A stretch of DNA of 64,000 nt from an uncultured Nitrososphaerales archaeon (GCA_963713605.1 CAVQMO010000010.1:96001-160000), one strand, 5' to 3'; shown: positions 1 through 10,852, counted from the first letter of the stretch. The notes: generated by a model from the letters alone, not told the origin. Numbers and translations are program-made.

Positions 1-379
1 AAGCTATTTAGAACCTGCCACAATAGCTAACCACTATAACAGAAAATCAGAATTATTTATTTAGCAAGCTTTCTAATGTGTGATGGATTGATGCTATCTA
101 ATCCATCATAAATCGGTGTATGAATTTGAAATAAAGCAATATAATGATTATATACTTTTATGAATAACTTTTAGAATGAAAGACAGTGTCACGAAGAACA
201 TGGAAGCATACACCACAGTTAACTGGTACATTGGAGAAATTGTATTTCATCTCGCCGGTCAGCTATGTATAATGCATTCAATTTTACGTTAGTTCCGATT
301 TCTACTTCTTCTTTGAGCGTTCCGATTTTTTCATCTACAATCTTTTGAAGCTCGACGAGTTAGTGTTTAGACATACCCA

Positions 380-706
380 ATGAACGCGAGTATTTCCAAT
401 CCATCAGACAGGTACATCAATCAGGCCGAGAAGGGACCATCATTTCACACTGGTGCTTTCATGGATGGATATAATGCTGGCTTCAATGCATGCTCAAGCA
501 GTAGCGGCGGCGGTAATAATGGTGGTAATGACGGAACAAGAGAATCAGGTTATGCGAGAGGAAAGTCAGACTATCAGAACGGCCGTGGGTACGATGATAG
601 ATGTGATCCAAATGTCTCAGATTTTGCATGTGCTTTGTATAAAGCCGGCTACGCAGCCGGATGGGGTGCTACAGGAATTCTGCGTCCTGAAACTCGTAAT
701 GACTAA
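380..706 (+). CDS. Gly/Tyr-rich hypothetical protein, probably secreted (5' end possibly missing)
   Basis: Repeated GY-x-x-G motifs (DGYNAGF, SGYARGK, AGYAAGW), Ser/Gly/Asn linker and Cys residues. Confidence 0.5.
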   Translation: MNASISNPSDRYINQAEKGPSFHTGAFMDGYNAGFNACSSSSGGGNNGGNDGTRESGYARGKSDYQNGRGYDDRCDPNVSDFACALYKAGYAAGWGATGILRPETRND

Positions 707-858
707 AGTGGAGGTTGGTTGTTAAATGCAAATGCCAATTTAACGCAGTTTGTGATTTCCAGATCTGGATAGAATGATGTCTTGAGGTTAAAGTCATATT
801 CAACCTAACACTGGCCGTATTAATTGACGAGTTCGTTAATCTTGATGGAGCGAGGGCC

Positions 859-1474
859 GTGGATGTTGGGGAGGAATTCAGAGTTTGTGTCCGAAATAGA
901 AGAATAGGTATCGAGAATTGTAAGACTGGCTTAAATACAGAAGAGCGGTCTCCTGAGAACTTAGTTTTAGAGGTCCCGTACTCTGAAGCTCCGACATATC
1001 CTCCTAATCAGACTCCGCCAACTTCCGATCAGGGATTACCTGGAGAATCCCAAGTCATTTGGAGAATCCAAAATACATATGGAAGTGAACCGATTACATT
1101 GGCTATTTTTGGGAATGATCGAGGATGGACTTTTCATGAGGTTACCCCTGAGGTATTGCCTCGACCCGCGCTACTTTGATGGTACTCTGATAGCAACCAC
1201 AAAAGAAATAGATAGCTCTCTGCCTAATGGGGAGATATTGCGAATGTGTGTAGTGCCGACCTATCAGGGAGCTGAACCAACATGTCAAGATATAGCGGCA
1301 CAAGACGGCATTGCACAGGGAGTCTTTTATTGGGATTACGATGAAACTAAACCCAATCATATAACTGATCTAGATAATCCTAGACAGGAGAGGATAGACA
1401 GGTATAATGAACGGTTATTACAACAGAACAAGCCATCAACCCCCAAATCTAACTCCGCTGGCCCGTACACTTAG
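859..1474 (+). CDS. Hypothetical protein with two Cys-containing repeat domains, split by a frameshift
   Basis: ORFs 859..1179 and 1079..1474 overlap, and each contains a GE-x-x-x-x-CV...C motif. Confidence 0.45.
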
Positions 1475-1509
1475 CTAATACAAGCTAGACTAGGCCTGGT
1501 CAAAGCTAC

Positions 1510-2850
1510 ATGAAACAATTAAAGTTAATCAGAAATCTGCACTTTGTTGAAATCCTGTCAACGATATCTGTTGGGATTTTACCGCTTCTAGCTGGCATTA
1601 CATTTCAATTACCGATTGATCGCGTCTATTCAACTCCCATTGAAGATGATTTGCCCTCTATAAGAGACCCCAAATTGGATGTTCAACTGATAGTGGATCA
1701 GGGTTTGTCGTCGCCGACGAGTATGGTATTTGTCGATGAAAATAATATTCTAGTCTTGGAAAAAAATAGCGGAAATGTAAAGCTTGTGACTGACGGAGTG
1801 CTAAAAGCCGATCCTGTATTGCATCTTGAGGTTGATAACATAACACTAACTTGTTGTAGAGGGTTATTGGGTATTGAGACCTCGGCTAAAAGCGGAAGCA
1901 GTAGTACAGATGTATTCTTGTATGCAACTGAATCTTCATCTAATGGCAAAACAGATAATGAAGGACAAGAAATAAGAAATAGAGTTTATCGATATCAGTG
2001 GGATGGTCAATCACTCATTAATCCCAAAATGATATTAGATCTTCCAGCTGAACCAGGTCCAAATCATCCTGGTGGTAAATTGAAATTAGGTCTTGATGGC
2101 TACTTGTACACCGTTATCGGAGATCTTAACAATGACGGAATGCTTCAGAATTTCAATGACGGCCCAGCCCCCGACGCAAGCTCAGTTATTCTTAGAGTTG
2201 ATGCATCTAATGGTTCTGGAGTCCCAGATAATCCATTTTTTAATTTCACCGAATATAATGATCTAAGCCAAATGGAAAAATACTATGCATATGGCATACG
2301 AAACAGCTTCGGATTAGCCATTGATCCTGAGAATGGTACATTGTGGCAAACAGAGAATGGAGATGAAGATTATGATGAAATTAATTTGGTTAGTTCCGGA
2401 TTTAACAGCGGTTGGGAGAAGCTTATGGGACCGATTGCCGAGAGTGACGTTGAAATTAAAGATCTTGTATTTTTCCCTGGATCAAATTATTCTGATCCAG
2501 TTTTTAGCTTTACTCCATCACTGGGATTAACCGACATTGAATTTCTGAATTCCTCATTGCTTGGAGATAGATACAAGAACAACATATTTGCTGGGGACAT
2601 AAATCACGGAAACCTCTACTTTTTCGAACTAAATGGTACTAGAAATGGTCTCAAATTTGATCCTGTTACCCAATCTAGATTAGAAGACTTGATTGCTGAC
2701 GGGGAAGAAGAGCTCAATGAGATAGTGTTTGGTACAGGATTTATGGGAATTACAGATATTGAAACTGGTCCAGATGGTTTTCTCTATATTCTGACTTTCA
2801 ATCAAGAATCAGATGGTGATGGTAAAATCTACAGGATTTCCCCCACATGA
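1510..2850 (+). CDS. PQQ-dependent sugar dehydrogenase (glucose/sorbosone dehydrogenase, GSDH family)
   Basis: N-terminal hydrophobic leader; RGLLGI, NHPGG, YAYGIRNSFG, ENG..DEINL and TDIETGPDG beta-propeller motifs. Confidence 0.9.
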   Translation: MKQLKLIRNLHFVEILSTISVGILPLLAGITFQLPIDRVYSTPIEDDLPSIRDPKLDVQLIVDQGLSSPTSMVFVDENNILVLEKNSGNVKLVTDGVLKADPVLHLEVDNITLTCCRGLLGIETSAKSGSSSTDVFLYATESSSNGKTDNEGQEIRNRVYRYQWDGQSLINPKMILDLPAEPGPNHPGGKLKLGLDGYLYTVIGDLNNDGMLQNFNDGPAPDASSVILRVDASNGSGVPDNPFFNFTEYNDLSQMEKYYAYGIRNSFGLAIDPENGTLWQTENGDEDYDEINLVSSGFNSGWEKLMGPIAESDVEIKDLVFFPGSNYSDPVFSFTPSLGLTDIEFLNSSLLGDRYKNNIFAGDINHGNLYFFELNGTRNGLKFDPVTQSRLEDLIADGEEELNEIVFGTGFMGITDIETGPDGFLYILTFNQESDGDGKIYRISPT

Positions 2851-3065
2851 CATGATGGGTGTCACTTGATATCCTATATGTAGAGTATTATGTGTTGTTG
2901 ATACTGAAACCAAGATAAAGCTTGAGCTAGTTATGCCGATGACCCTAGTGGCCTATTTTGGTATTTTTTATGTATCTCGTACTATACTTTGGATATACTT
3001 TATAAGCATAATTGGTTACAGACTAGTGGTAAATACAGTGTGACTAAAGTAGAATCCGATAGTAA

Positions 3066-5072
3066 GTGGTAATATTGATCGAATTGTCGCTAACTAGATT
3101 ACTAATACTTTTAGTTCCAATTATTTTTTTAGAAATCGTGGTCATAAATATACAGCAAACACAGGCTATAACACAATTCTACTTTGACATGCCCGATGAC
3201 TTCGAGTTGAGCAAGTACAGTACGTTTAAAGCTCAATATTTTGACGAGGACGGGGAAGGGACTTGGTTTATGTGGAATTATACAGGCATCCCATACGACT
3301 TCAAAGTGGATTCTGATTGCTGCTCAATTGACAGACACAATGAAACAAAATCTGTACTGCCACTTGGAGAGCCCCTACTGGATATTCGATATGACTTCAG
3401 ATTCGCCATTAGCGATAATTTAACAATAGGTGAAAATATCGAACTTTGTGTTGACTCAACCAATTTCGATGAATGCGAATGGCCACAACCGATCGACCAA
3501 TTCGGCCGTGCATTAGCTGACCTTTCAGTAGATGAAGCTACAAATATGACAACCGAAATTCCCCGATCATTATTCCAACCATTAGGAGCTGAAGCTTTGG
3601 AAAAATCTCCGACCAATAATAATGGCATATTGATCGGAGCGAGAATATTGGATCCAAACTCTGGATTACTTGATGTTGAAGGGCATTTAAAGAATAATGT
3701 GAATTTGGCTGCAAATAATGACTTAGGCTATTCCCGTAATGGAACTATAGCAGATGGAGTTTCTAAACTAATTCTAATATTAAATTCCAGCAATACCTTG
3801 TTATTTTCAATTGCTGATACAAATCCTAATAATTTAACGAAGGGAACATTAACTTCGTTTAGTCAATCACTAAATTCTAATAGTCTGTCTTCTACCACTA
3901 TTGTTCATCCTCAAAGGATTAGTGATGATGATGAAAATAGATCAGTAGCTATTGTTGTATATACCCCACCAAATTTTATAGAATTACCTAAAGATACAAG
4001 CTTTGCAACAATCAATATTCTAGTAAATGATACTCGCTATCAGCCTACTCCAGTTGCATTATATCGAGTTCCTATAGTGCTGGTACATGGCCTTTGGGGT
4101 AACCCTCAAGAAACTTGGATTAATAGCAAATTTAATCAAACATTAGAGGAAAGTGGCTTTGATGTCTTCTTTGCAGATTACAGTGCTCATAATGCCGAAA
4201 CATTTGACCCATATAATATTTCAGAAATTGGCAATCATGGTATAAACTCAATAAGAAAAGCAATTACTCAAGTAAACGAAGAATACTCGAACAAATCCTT
4301 AGCAGCTACGCAGGTGGATGTAATAGCCCATAGCATGGGAGGGCTGATGGCTCGTGGACTGGTACAGCAGCCTGATTACAAAACACCGCAAAATTTTATG
4401 AAGGGTTCAATACACCGATTGATAACTATCGGGACACCACATTTCGGTGGAGATTTATCAAGAATTCTATTTGAACACCGCGATCAAAAGTATTGTGTTT
4501 ATGGCGAGCGATTGTTACCGGTCGATAAAAGTGGTAATTGCAATGAAGGAAAATTGCTAATAGACTTGAAAAAAATTTTCGAGCCATATAGATCAATTGT
4601 CCAAGGCGGTGTTCAATCGTTAATTCCTGAAAGTGATGCCTATGCTCATTTGTGTCAAACAGATGTCAAATCATACGCTATCGCAGGTATTTGGAAACCA
4701 AATGCTACTTTTAGTCAGAACAAACATGAGAATTTCTACAAAGACGTCACTGGTGATACGAATTTTAGTTTGGATAATGATGGGTTTCGTGACCAAAACG
4801 ACTTACTGGTAAGTTTATCGAGTCAGTTAGGTGGTTTAATGCACAATCAATCTCAATCTGTAGAGACTGATTTTGTCCCTCATAATAGTAAAGTATATTC
4901 TAACACTCTTCATACAACCAGTTACATACAAGGTAATGACAAAAATATCTCCTCAGAAATAAATTCAGCAGAGATACAACAAGATGTTGTAAGGTTACTT
5001 GGCTCTTCAAATGAAGATAAGAAGTTTGCAGACGCCATTGGAATAGGTTCTTTATGTGATATTCCTAAATAA
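3066..5072 (+). CDS. Secreted alpha/beta hydrolase (lipase/PGAP1-like) with N-terminal extension
   Basis: Signal peptide; PIVLVHGLWG, nucleophile elbow AHSMGG, LITIGTPHFG, NDLLV. Confidence 0.8.
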   Translation: MVILIELSLTRLLILLVPIIFLEIVVINIQQTQAITQFYFDMPDDFELSKYSTFKAQYFDEDGEGTWFMWNYTGIPYDFKVDSDCCSIDRHNETKSVLPLGEPLLDIRYDFRFAISDNLTIGENIELCVDSTNFDECEWPQPIDQFGRALADLSVDEATNMTTEIPRSLFQPLGAEALEKSPTNNNGILIGARILDPNSGLLDVEGHLKNNVNLAANNDLGYSRNGTIADGVSKLILILNSSNTLLFSIADTNPNNLTKGTLTSFSQSLNSNSLSSTTIVHPQRISDDDENRSVAIVVYTPPNFIELPKDTSFATINILVNDTRYQPTPVALYRVPIVLVHGLWGNPQETWINSKFNQTLEESGFDVFFADYSAHNAETFDPYNISEIGNHGINSIRKAITQVNEEYSNKSLAATQVDVIAHSMGGLMARGLVQQPDYKTPQNFMKGSIHRLITIGTPHFGGDLSRILFEHRDQKYCVYGERLLPVDKSGNCNEGKLLIDLKKIFEPYRSIVQGGVQSLIPESDAYAHLCQTDVKSYAIAGIWKPNATFSQNKHENFYKDVTGDTNFSLDNDGFRDQNDLLVSLSSQLGGLMHNQSQSVETDFVPHNSKVYSNTLHTTSYIQGNDKNISSEINSAEIQQDVVRLLGSSNEDKKFADAIGIGSLCDIPK

Positions 5073-5344
5073 AATATGATTATGTACTAAGCAATCTGAT
5101 GAGTTCGTATTTCTCTACCTATCTCACTCAATAGTATATCGCAAGGAAATGAGATATTATCTATATACGATGTGTCGCTATTGGCTAGTGAAAGACCAAA
5201 AGCCCCTGATCGCGGTATTTGTCCTACAACTGGATATATGTTTGGACCAGGGACTGTTATTTCATCTACTACTAATCCCGCTTTACCTCCTTCTAGTAAA
5301 TTACTGAGAAAATTAGGATTTCTTTTCCAACAGGACAATAATAG

Positions 5345-5650
5345 CTATACTGAAGATAAGGACGCCTGCGATACTGAGAATGGAGCTAGTTCCTCCATTG
5401 CCCAATTATGATTATAATTATAATTATTTCTCAGGCATAGTAACGATAACCTTAGCACACCCAACAAATCGGCCGTACTTGTTTGCTTTTTATCTAGATC
5501 ATATACATCTCCAAATTGTTTAGTAGCTGGTCTTCGTAATGCAGAAATTACACCTTTGAATCTAGGGTCAGTGCTTATTTGTCGTGTGATAACGACCTTG
5601 TGCAATTGTTCAAGCATAAGTTTGTGTTTAGTTCTGGAATTTATTGAATG
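5345..5650 (-). pseudogene. Remnant of terminase large subunit-like C-terminal nuclease region
   Basis: Translates as INSRTKHKLMLEQLH...DPRFKGVISALRR...YDLDKKQTSTADLLGVLRLSLL, resembling the TerL D-x-x-DALR tail of Nitrososphaera-type terminase-like proteins (recalled, not searched). Confidence 0.5.
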
Positions 5651-5933
5651 CTACAAGTAGCTTCTGATAATATTTGAGATCATTTTACTATGCTCTGTCA
5701 TTTTCATCATCTTCTTCGCTTCCATCACCGTCTCCATTTTCATCGTCATTCCCATCGTCTACGATATCAATTATAGTAACCCAAAAGACGAGGATACGTT
5801 CCGCTGGTTCTATCCCGATTGTTAATATGGATTGCCTCAAGAGCCTCTATAGTTTTGCAAGAGGACGAAGCTGAATGAGTATATTTGAGAAAGGTCTGAG
5901 AAGGTAATAATTTGAATGGGAGCTGGTATGTGC

Positions 5934-5981
5934 TAATTGTAGTAACGATAACCTAAGCGCATCGAGTACATCATTTGAACT
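5934..5981 (-). pseudogene. Second short remnant of a terminase-like C-terminus
   Basis: Translates as SSNDVLDALRLSLLQL; DNA near 5940-5961 repeats 5438-5459 (tagtaacgataacctWagcRca). Confidence 0.4.
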
Positions 5982-6078
5982 TAATTGAATCATTTAATAT
6001 GATAGATGACATTCAGGATACCGGTTATGCTCACTTATTCGGATAAATCCCTGTACAAGCAATGAGGCAGCTTCCCGA

Positions 6079-6861
6079 TTATTGGGCATTCGAGCCGCTG
6101 AGGGCTATAAATCGCTCAATCATAGCATTGACCTGATCAGGCACTTCAAGCTGGTGATAGTGCCCTGATCCAACGGTCTGCGCCACCATCAACTGCGGAG
6201 TCAATTCCTTGAAGCGAGACAAATTGGCAAAGCCAAAGCCAGCTCCTATGTAGAGAATCGGGACCTTGCAGGCTGCAGCTGCAGCAACCGTGTCAAAGTT
6301 GACATAGCTTTCCAGTGATGACGCTCCGACGTGCTGGGCAAAACCCAACATATCATTCATGACTTTGGAGCGGCGGGCTGGGTCATCACTGAATCCTATG
6401 AATTGATTGAGAAACTGCACGACAGCCTCCAGGTACATTGGCGTCCGCAACGCATCTGCAAACTTACGCAATCCCTCGACGAACAGCGCAGGTGGCGCTA
6501 CGGGAGTATCCATTACAACGATGCCTACTGGGAAGTCAGGATCGCGCCAACCCATTTCCAAAGCAATCAAGCCGCCCATACTATGCCCAATGACAATCGG
6601 CTTCTTGATGCCGACCTGCTGACATAGCCAATAGATGTCGTCTGAATAGGCGGTCATCGTGTAATCCTGCTGAGGCTTATCACTCTTTCCATGACCTCGC
6701 AAGTCCATGACCAGGACATGGTGATTCTGTTTGAAATAATCGAACTGAGGCGTGAAGTGAGTATGATCGGCGAAACCGCCATGAATGAAGACCAGCGGCG
6801 GATCGCCTTTCCCTGATTCTTCGTAGGCCAATATGACATTATCTCGACGTATTTGCTTCAT
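6079..6861 (-). CDS. Alpha/beta fold hydrolase
   Basis: VFIHGG, DLRGHGKS, GHSMGG, C-terminal GSGH; GGAG SD-like motif upstream; GC-richer than the flanks. Confidence 0.9.
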   Translation of the reverse strand: MKQIRRDNVILAYEESGKGDPPLVFIHGGFADHTHFTPQFDYFKQNHHVLVMDLRGHGKSDKPQQDYTMTAYSDDIYWLCQQVGIKKPIVIGHSMGGLIALEMGWRDPDFPVGIVVMDTPVAPPALFVEGLRKFADALRTPMYLEAVVQFLNQFIGFSDDPARRSKVMNDMLGFAQHVGASSLESYVNFDTVAAAAACKVPILYIGAGFGFANLSRFKELTPQLMVAQTVGSGHYHQLEVPDQVNAMIERFIALSGSNAQ

Positions 6862-7025
6862 CTTTGTTCTCCGTTAGTATTCCTTATTATTTTCTATTGC
6901 GCAGGAAGTGGTGCCTCTAAAGTCCTGCATTTCTAAGAGGTATGACTCTTCCGCTTGATAGTAACACGCGGGCTGGTCGTTAGTCAGCAGTTTCAAAGGC
7001 CGTTGTAAAACCTCGGACAGTCTTG

Positions 7026-10000
7026 TCAGACAGAACTTCGCATTAGCGCCTTGACTTCTTGAAGGTCCGCAGTGGCAAAGCCTTCGGTAAACCAGTCGTA
7101 TATCTCCTCGAGTAGCTGGCGGGCTTCTTCTCGTTTACCGTGTGTCAGCCATAGACGGCTCAAGCTTTTCGATGCCCTCAACTCCAGAGACTTGGCCTTC
7201 TGGCTCCGGGCGATTTCAATTGCCTGAACAAAACATGCCTCAGCCTCATCTTTGTCTCGCGTGAGAGTTAGTTCGCCCTTGAGTCGAAACAACTCAGCCT
7301 GCCACCGACGTTCTCCGGTGCTGTTCGCCGCATCCAATGCCTCAGCCAGCACATTCAAACCTTCATCGATCTGCCCTCTTTTACCATACGCTTCGGCTAG
7401 CAAGGCCAAGTAATCAGTTCGCATGAACTCCGCCCCTGTGGCTTGGTAATCGGCTAGGCCACGGCGAATCTCTGCAACACCCTCATCAGCATCGCCCAGT
7501 TCAACCAATGTCCAGCCGCGTATGATGATTGCCCATGATAGAATGAACGGGAACCCGTGGCTCGTCGAAATGGCAATGGCTGCCTCTGCTTGCTCGCGAG
7601 CTGCGCCCACCTCCCGGCGGAGTTGATGGACAATCGCTGCATAGGTAAGGGTGGCGGCCAAGCTAAATGGATGGGCAAAATCTCGCGCACGAGCGAGGCC
7701 CTGTTGCATGCTGTCGATAGATTGATCAGGATAGCCTAGAATCCAAAGGAGACAGGCCAACTGAGACAAATAGGCTACTCTGGGGTCCTGCCCATAAAGG
7801 TAAGCGTGGGATTTGTGTTTCTGCGGATCAAAGAGTGCAATCCCCCGGTTCAGGTGCTCGCGAGCACGGGTCAGTTCTGCTAGCCCAAATAAGGTGATTC
7901 CTATGGCCCGGTGGGCTTCCAGAAGAAAAGCGGGGTTATCTTGACGCTGCGCTAAGACGAGGAATTGTTCCCCTACTTCGAGTGCATGAATCATATCTGA
8001 TCGCATGTTGTAGAACCCCCAGAGACCTCTCAGGGCTGGGAAGAGTTTTCGAGTTTGCCCGACTTGTATGCATAGCTCTCGGGCACGAGCGTAGGCCTCT
8101 CTTGACTCCGCCGCAGCGTACCCTTTAGCAGCTATTAAAGGGACTCCCAAGGCAAGCTGCAAATCAAGTTCTGTCTGGGCCCGCTCAGGGGTATCTGGCA
8201 GAGCCCTAATGAGTTCGATCCCTTTCCTGAGGTATGCTATAGCCTCCGCATTTGCTGAGCGCTGGATAGCCTTCTCTCCGCCCAGCTGCCAGTAGGAAAC
8301 GGCCTCATCTAAAAGATCTGCTTCAGTATAATGATAGGCCAGAAGTTCAGGTTGAGTTTCAATAATGCGAGGAAGTATTTGTTTCATCGAGTCTGCGACC
8401 TCTCCGTGTAATTTTCGGCGACTAGACTTCAGTAACATCCCATATGCGACATCTCTTGTTAGCACGTGCTTGAAGGTATAACCCGTATCCTTTTGAGTCT
8501 GAGTTAACATGAAACCGGTCCCTGTAAGGATATCTAGTTGCTCCCTAAGCTTAATTCCTTTCAGTTCTGATACATTCTCGAGAACGGGAATTTCCAGCTC
8601 ACATCCAATAACACTTGCTACCTGTAATGTATTCTTAGTTTCGTTATCCAGACGGTCCATACGAGCCGCTAATACTCCTTGGACAGTTTCAGGAATGTTT
8701 AGCTTATCGGGAGACACCGTAAGTGAATACGAGCCGTTGAGTTTGACAGCATGGGTTTCTCGGAGGGCGAGGACAAGTTCTTCAACGAAGAAAGGGTTAC
8801 CTTCTGTACGATTGAGAATAAATTTTTCTAATTCTGATGATACTGGTGCATCAAAAAGGGTTTGAATAAGGCGATGCCCCTCAGCTTTATGAAGGAGGGA
8901 CAACGGTAGAGAAGTATATGAAAGATGTTTTTGCCAAGGGGGTTCGAACTCAGGACGTGATATGAGCACTAAAAGAATTCGACTAAAGCCAATTGCATTC
9001 AAAAAAGAGGTTAGAAATTCACGAGATGTTTCATCAAGCCATTGTAAGTCATCAAGAGCCAAGATCAATGGCTGTACAGCAGCTGCATTTCGAAATAGTA
9101 TTGTGAGCCCTTCAAAAATTTTGTTCCGCCGCATGGGGGGCGAGAGATGAGAGTATTCTGGATCACTAAACGGCAATGAAAGCAAGTCTTCAAAACAAGA
9201 TACATATTCTTTAAGGTCACCACCACCAATTCGCTGAGTGATAGTTTTTCGTACTTCATCGCTAGCTTGTATTGGCAGACCTAAATACTGACGTATTACT
9301 TCAATGAACGGTTGATAAGGTGAGATCCGACCGTGAGGCTTACAATGGCCTTCAAGATACAATACATCAGAATCTAGACGTTGGATGAATTCGTAGAGGA
9401 AACGTGATTTGCCTATTCCTGCCTCTCCGAAAATTCCTACTGCCTGGCCTTCGCCCTTTACAGCTTTTGTAAATAAACTTTTTAATGAAGTCAGTTCATC
9501 TTCACGTCCTATGTAAGGAGTTAACCCTTTTGCCTTTGCCTTACCAAAGCGTGTTTGTTGAGGACGAATACCCAATGGAATGTAAACTCTAATGGGTTTT
9601 TTCTTACCCTTAACTGTGATTTCTCCGACCTCGGCGAAATCAAAAACATCTTTTGTTAGTCTATAAACACTTTCGCCGACGAATATCTGACCTGGTTGTG
9701 CAGCACTTTGGATCCGCGATGCAGTATTGACAGTATCACCTATTACGGTATACTGTTTTCGTAGATCAGAGCCTATACTGCCAGCAACAACTAATCCAGT
9801 GTTAAGTCCTACATGCATCTGAATCGGAAAAGGCAGGATTTCGTTCAATTCGTCCAAAGCCTCAATTATCTCCATGGCTGTCTTGACAGCGCGCTCCGGA
9901 TCATCCTCATGTGCTACTGGTGCACCAAACAATGCAATGATGCAATCCCCCATATACTTGTCAACTGTTCCCTCGTATCTGTAAATTATTTCAGTTAGCC

Positions 10001-10370
10001 TATTGAAGCAAGAATTAATGATATTTATAACCTCCTCCGGATCAAGCTTCTCAGACATCTGAGTAAAGCCGCTAATATCCGTGAACATTATGGTAACGTT
10101 CTTTCTTTCACCTTTCATTTTTATTACATTAGGGGGAATTCTAACTGAACGTAAATCTGGGTGTATTTCATAATCAGCGTGGGATAACGCAAGTCTGGCT
10201 CCACATTCATCGCAAAACTTTGCTGCCGTCCTGACCTTATGTCCACAATCAGTGCATGCAGCTGTTAAATCTGTGCCACATTCCCTACAAGATTTGGAAT
10301 CTATTAGATTTTTAAAATCGCATCTAGGACATTTCAGCCCAGCATCCCTATCTTTGTCGACAAAGTTCAT
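7026..10370 (-). CDS. Double zinc ribbon - class III adenylate/guanylate cyclase - AAA/STAND NTPase - TPR protein
   Basis: Four CxxC; cyclase motifs FTDISGFT, DKYMGDC, YTVIGDTVNTASR; Walker A GEAGIGKS, Walker B LDDLQW; GNPFF; FKHVL; helical TPR C-terminus. Confidence 0.92.
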   Translation of the reverse strand: MNFVDKDRDAGLKCPRCDFKNLIDSKSCRECGTDLTAACTDCGHKVRTAAKFCDECGARLALSHADYEIHPDLRSVRIPPNVIKMKGERKNVTIMFTDISGFTQMSEKLDPEEVINIINSCFNRLTEIIYRYEGTVDKYMGDCIIALFGAPVAHEDDPERAVKTAMEIIEALDELNEILPFPIQMHVGLNTGLVVAGSIGSDLRKQYTVIGDTVNTASRIQSAAQPGQIFVGESVYRLTKDVFDFAEVGEITVKGKKKPIRVYIPLGIRPQQTRFGKAKAKGLTPYIGREDELTSLKSLFTKAVKGEGQAVGIFGEAGIGKSRFLYEFIQRLDSDVLYLEGHCKPHGRISPYQPFIEVIRQYLGLPIQASDEVRKTITQRIGGGDLKEYVSCFEDLLSLPFSDPEYSHLSPPMRRNKIFEGLTILFRNAAAVQPLILALDDLQWLDETSREFLTSFLNAIGFSRILLVLISRPEFEPPWQKHLSYTSLPLSLLHKAEGHRLIQTLFDAPVSSELEKFILNRTEGNPFFVEELVLALRETHAVKLNGSYSLTVSPDKLNIPETVQGVLAARMDRLDNETKNTLQVASVIGCELEIPVLENVSELKGIKLREQLDILTGTGFMLTQTQKDTGYTFKHVLTRDVAYGMLLKSSRRKLHGEVADSMKQILPRIIETQPELLAYHYTEADLLDEAVSYWQLGGEKAIQRSANAEAIAYLRKGIELIRALPDTPERAQTELDLQLALGVPLIAAKGYAAAESREAYARARELCIQVGQTRKLFPALRGLWGFYNMRSDMIHALEVGEQFLVLAQRQDNPAFLLEAHRAIGITLFGLAELTRAREHLNRGIALFDPQKHKSHAYLYGQDPRVAYLSQLACLLWILGYPDQSIDSMQQGLARARDFAHPFSLAATLTYAAIVHQLRREVGAAREQAEAAIAISTSHGFPFILSWAIIIRGWTLVELGDADEGVAEIRRGLADYQATGAEFMRTDYLALLAEAYGKRGQIDEGLNVLAEALDAANSTGERRWQAELFRLKGELTLTRDKDEAEACFVQAIEIARSQKAKSLELRASKSLSRLWLTHGKREEARQLLEEIYDWFTEGFATADLQEVKALMRSSV

Positions 10371-10486
10371 TACTTACTCTATTGCGCCAATTTAATTGAG
10401 ATTGCCATATATTTGTGCCTTGAGATATTATAGCTTGTCTCGTTCTTCATTATTTTCAGCGTGTCAAGAAATCAGTAACTCTAGAA

Positions 10487-10852
10487 TCAACGAATACAAT
10501 GTCTGCAGCATGCTGTATGTGTAAGTTTATGTATAAACATACGCGATAATCGAGGAACTGAAATAGCGCAACTTTTTCTTATAATCATTAGCATTATTTC
10601 AGATAGTGAGCCAGACTCTGCACCTTGGATAAACAAGAACGATACTCCAGTCATATTGTTGCTGCCGGTTGCAGTTGCCGCTGCAGTTAATTTGCTCCAG
10701 AAGTCGGTGTAGCGGATACAATCTTCGTAACAGGAAATAGTAGAGTTGACGATGAAGATGCTACTAACTATTAACAGCATTCCAAATATTGCCAGACATG
10801 TATGATTTTGGTTTGACATACGACAAGAGATGTTATGCGAGTATTTATCCAT
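10487..10852 (-). pseudogene. Truncated secreted hypothetical protein
   Basis: Hydrophobic leader followed by SNNMTGVSFLFIQGAESGSLSE, after which the sequence no longer looks coding. Confidence 0.35.

Noticed and set aside
8509..9998. Antisense ORFs inside the cyclase gene, and similar ones inside copA, pncB and the kinases
   Set aside because: Shadow ORFs on the opposite strand of well-supported genes, with no motifs of their own.
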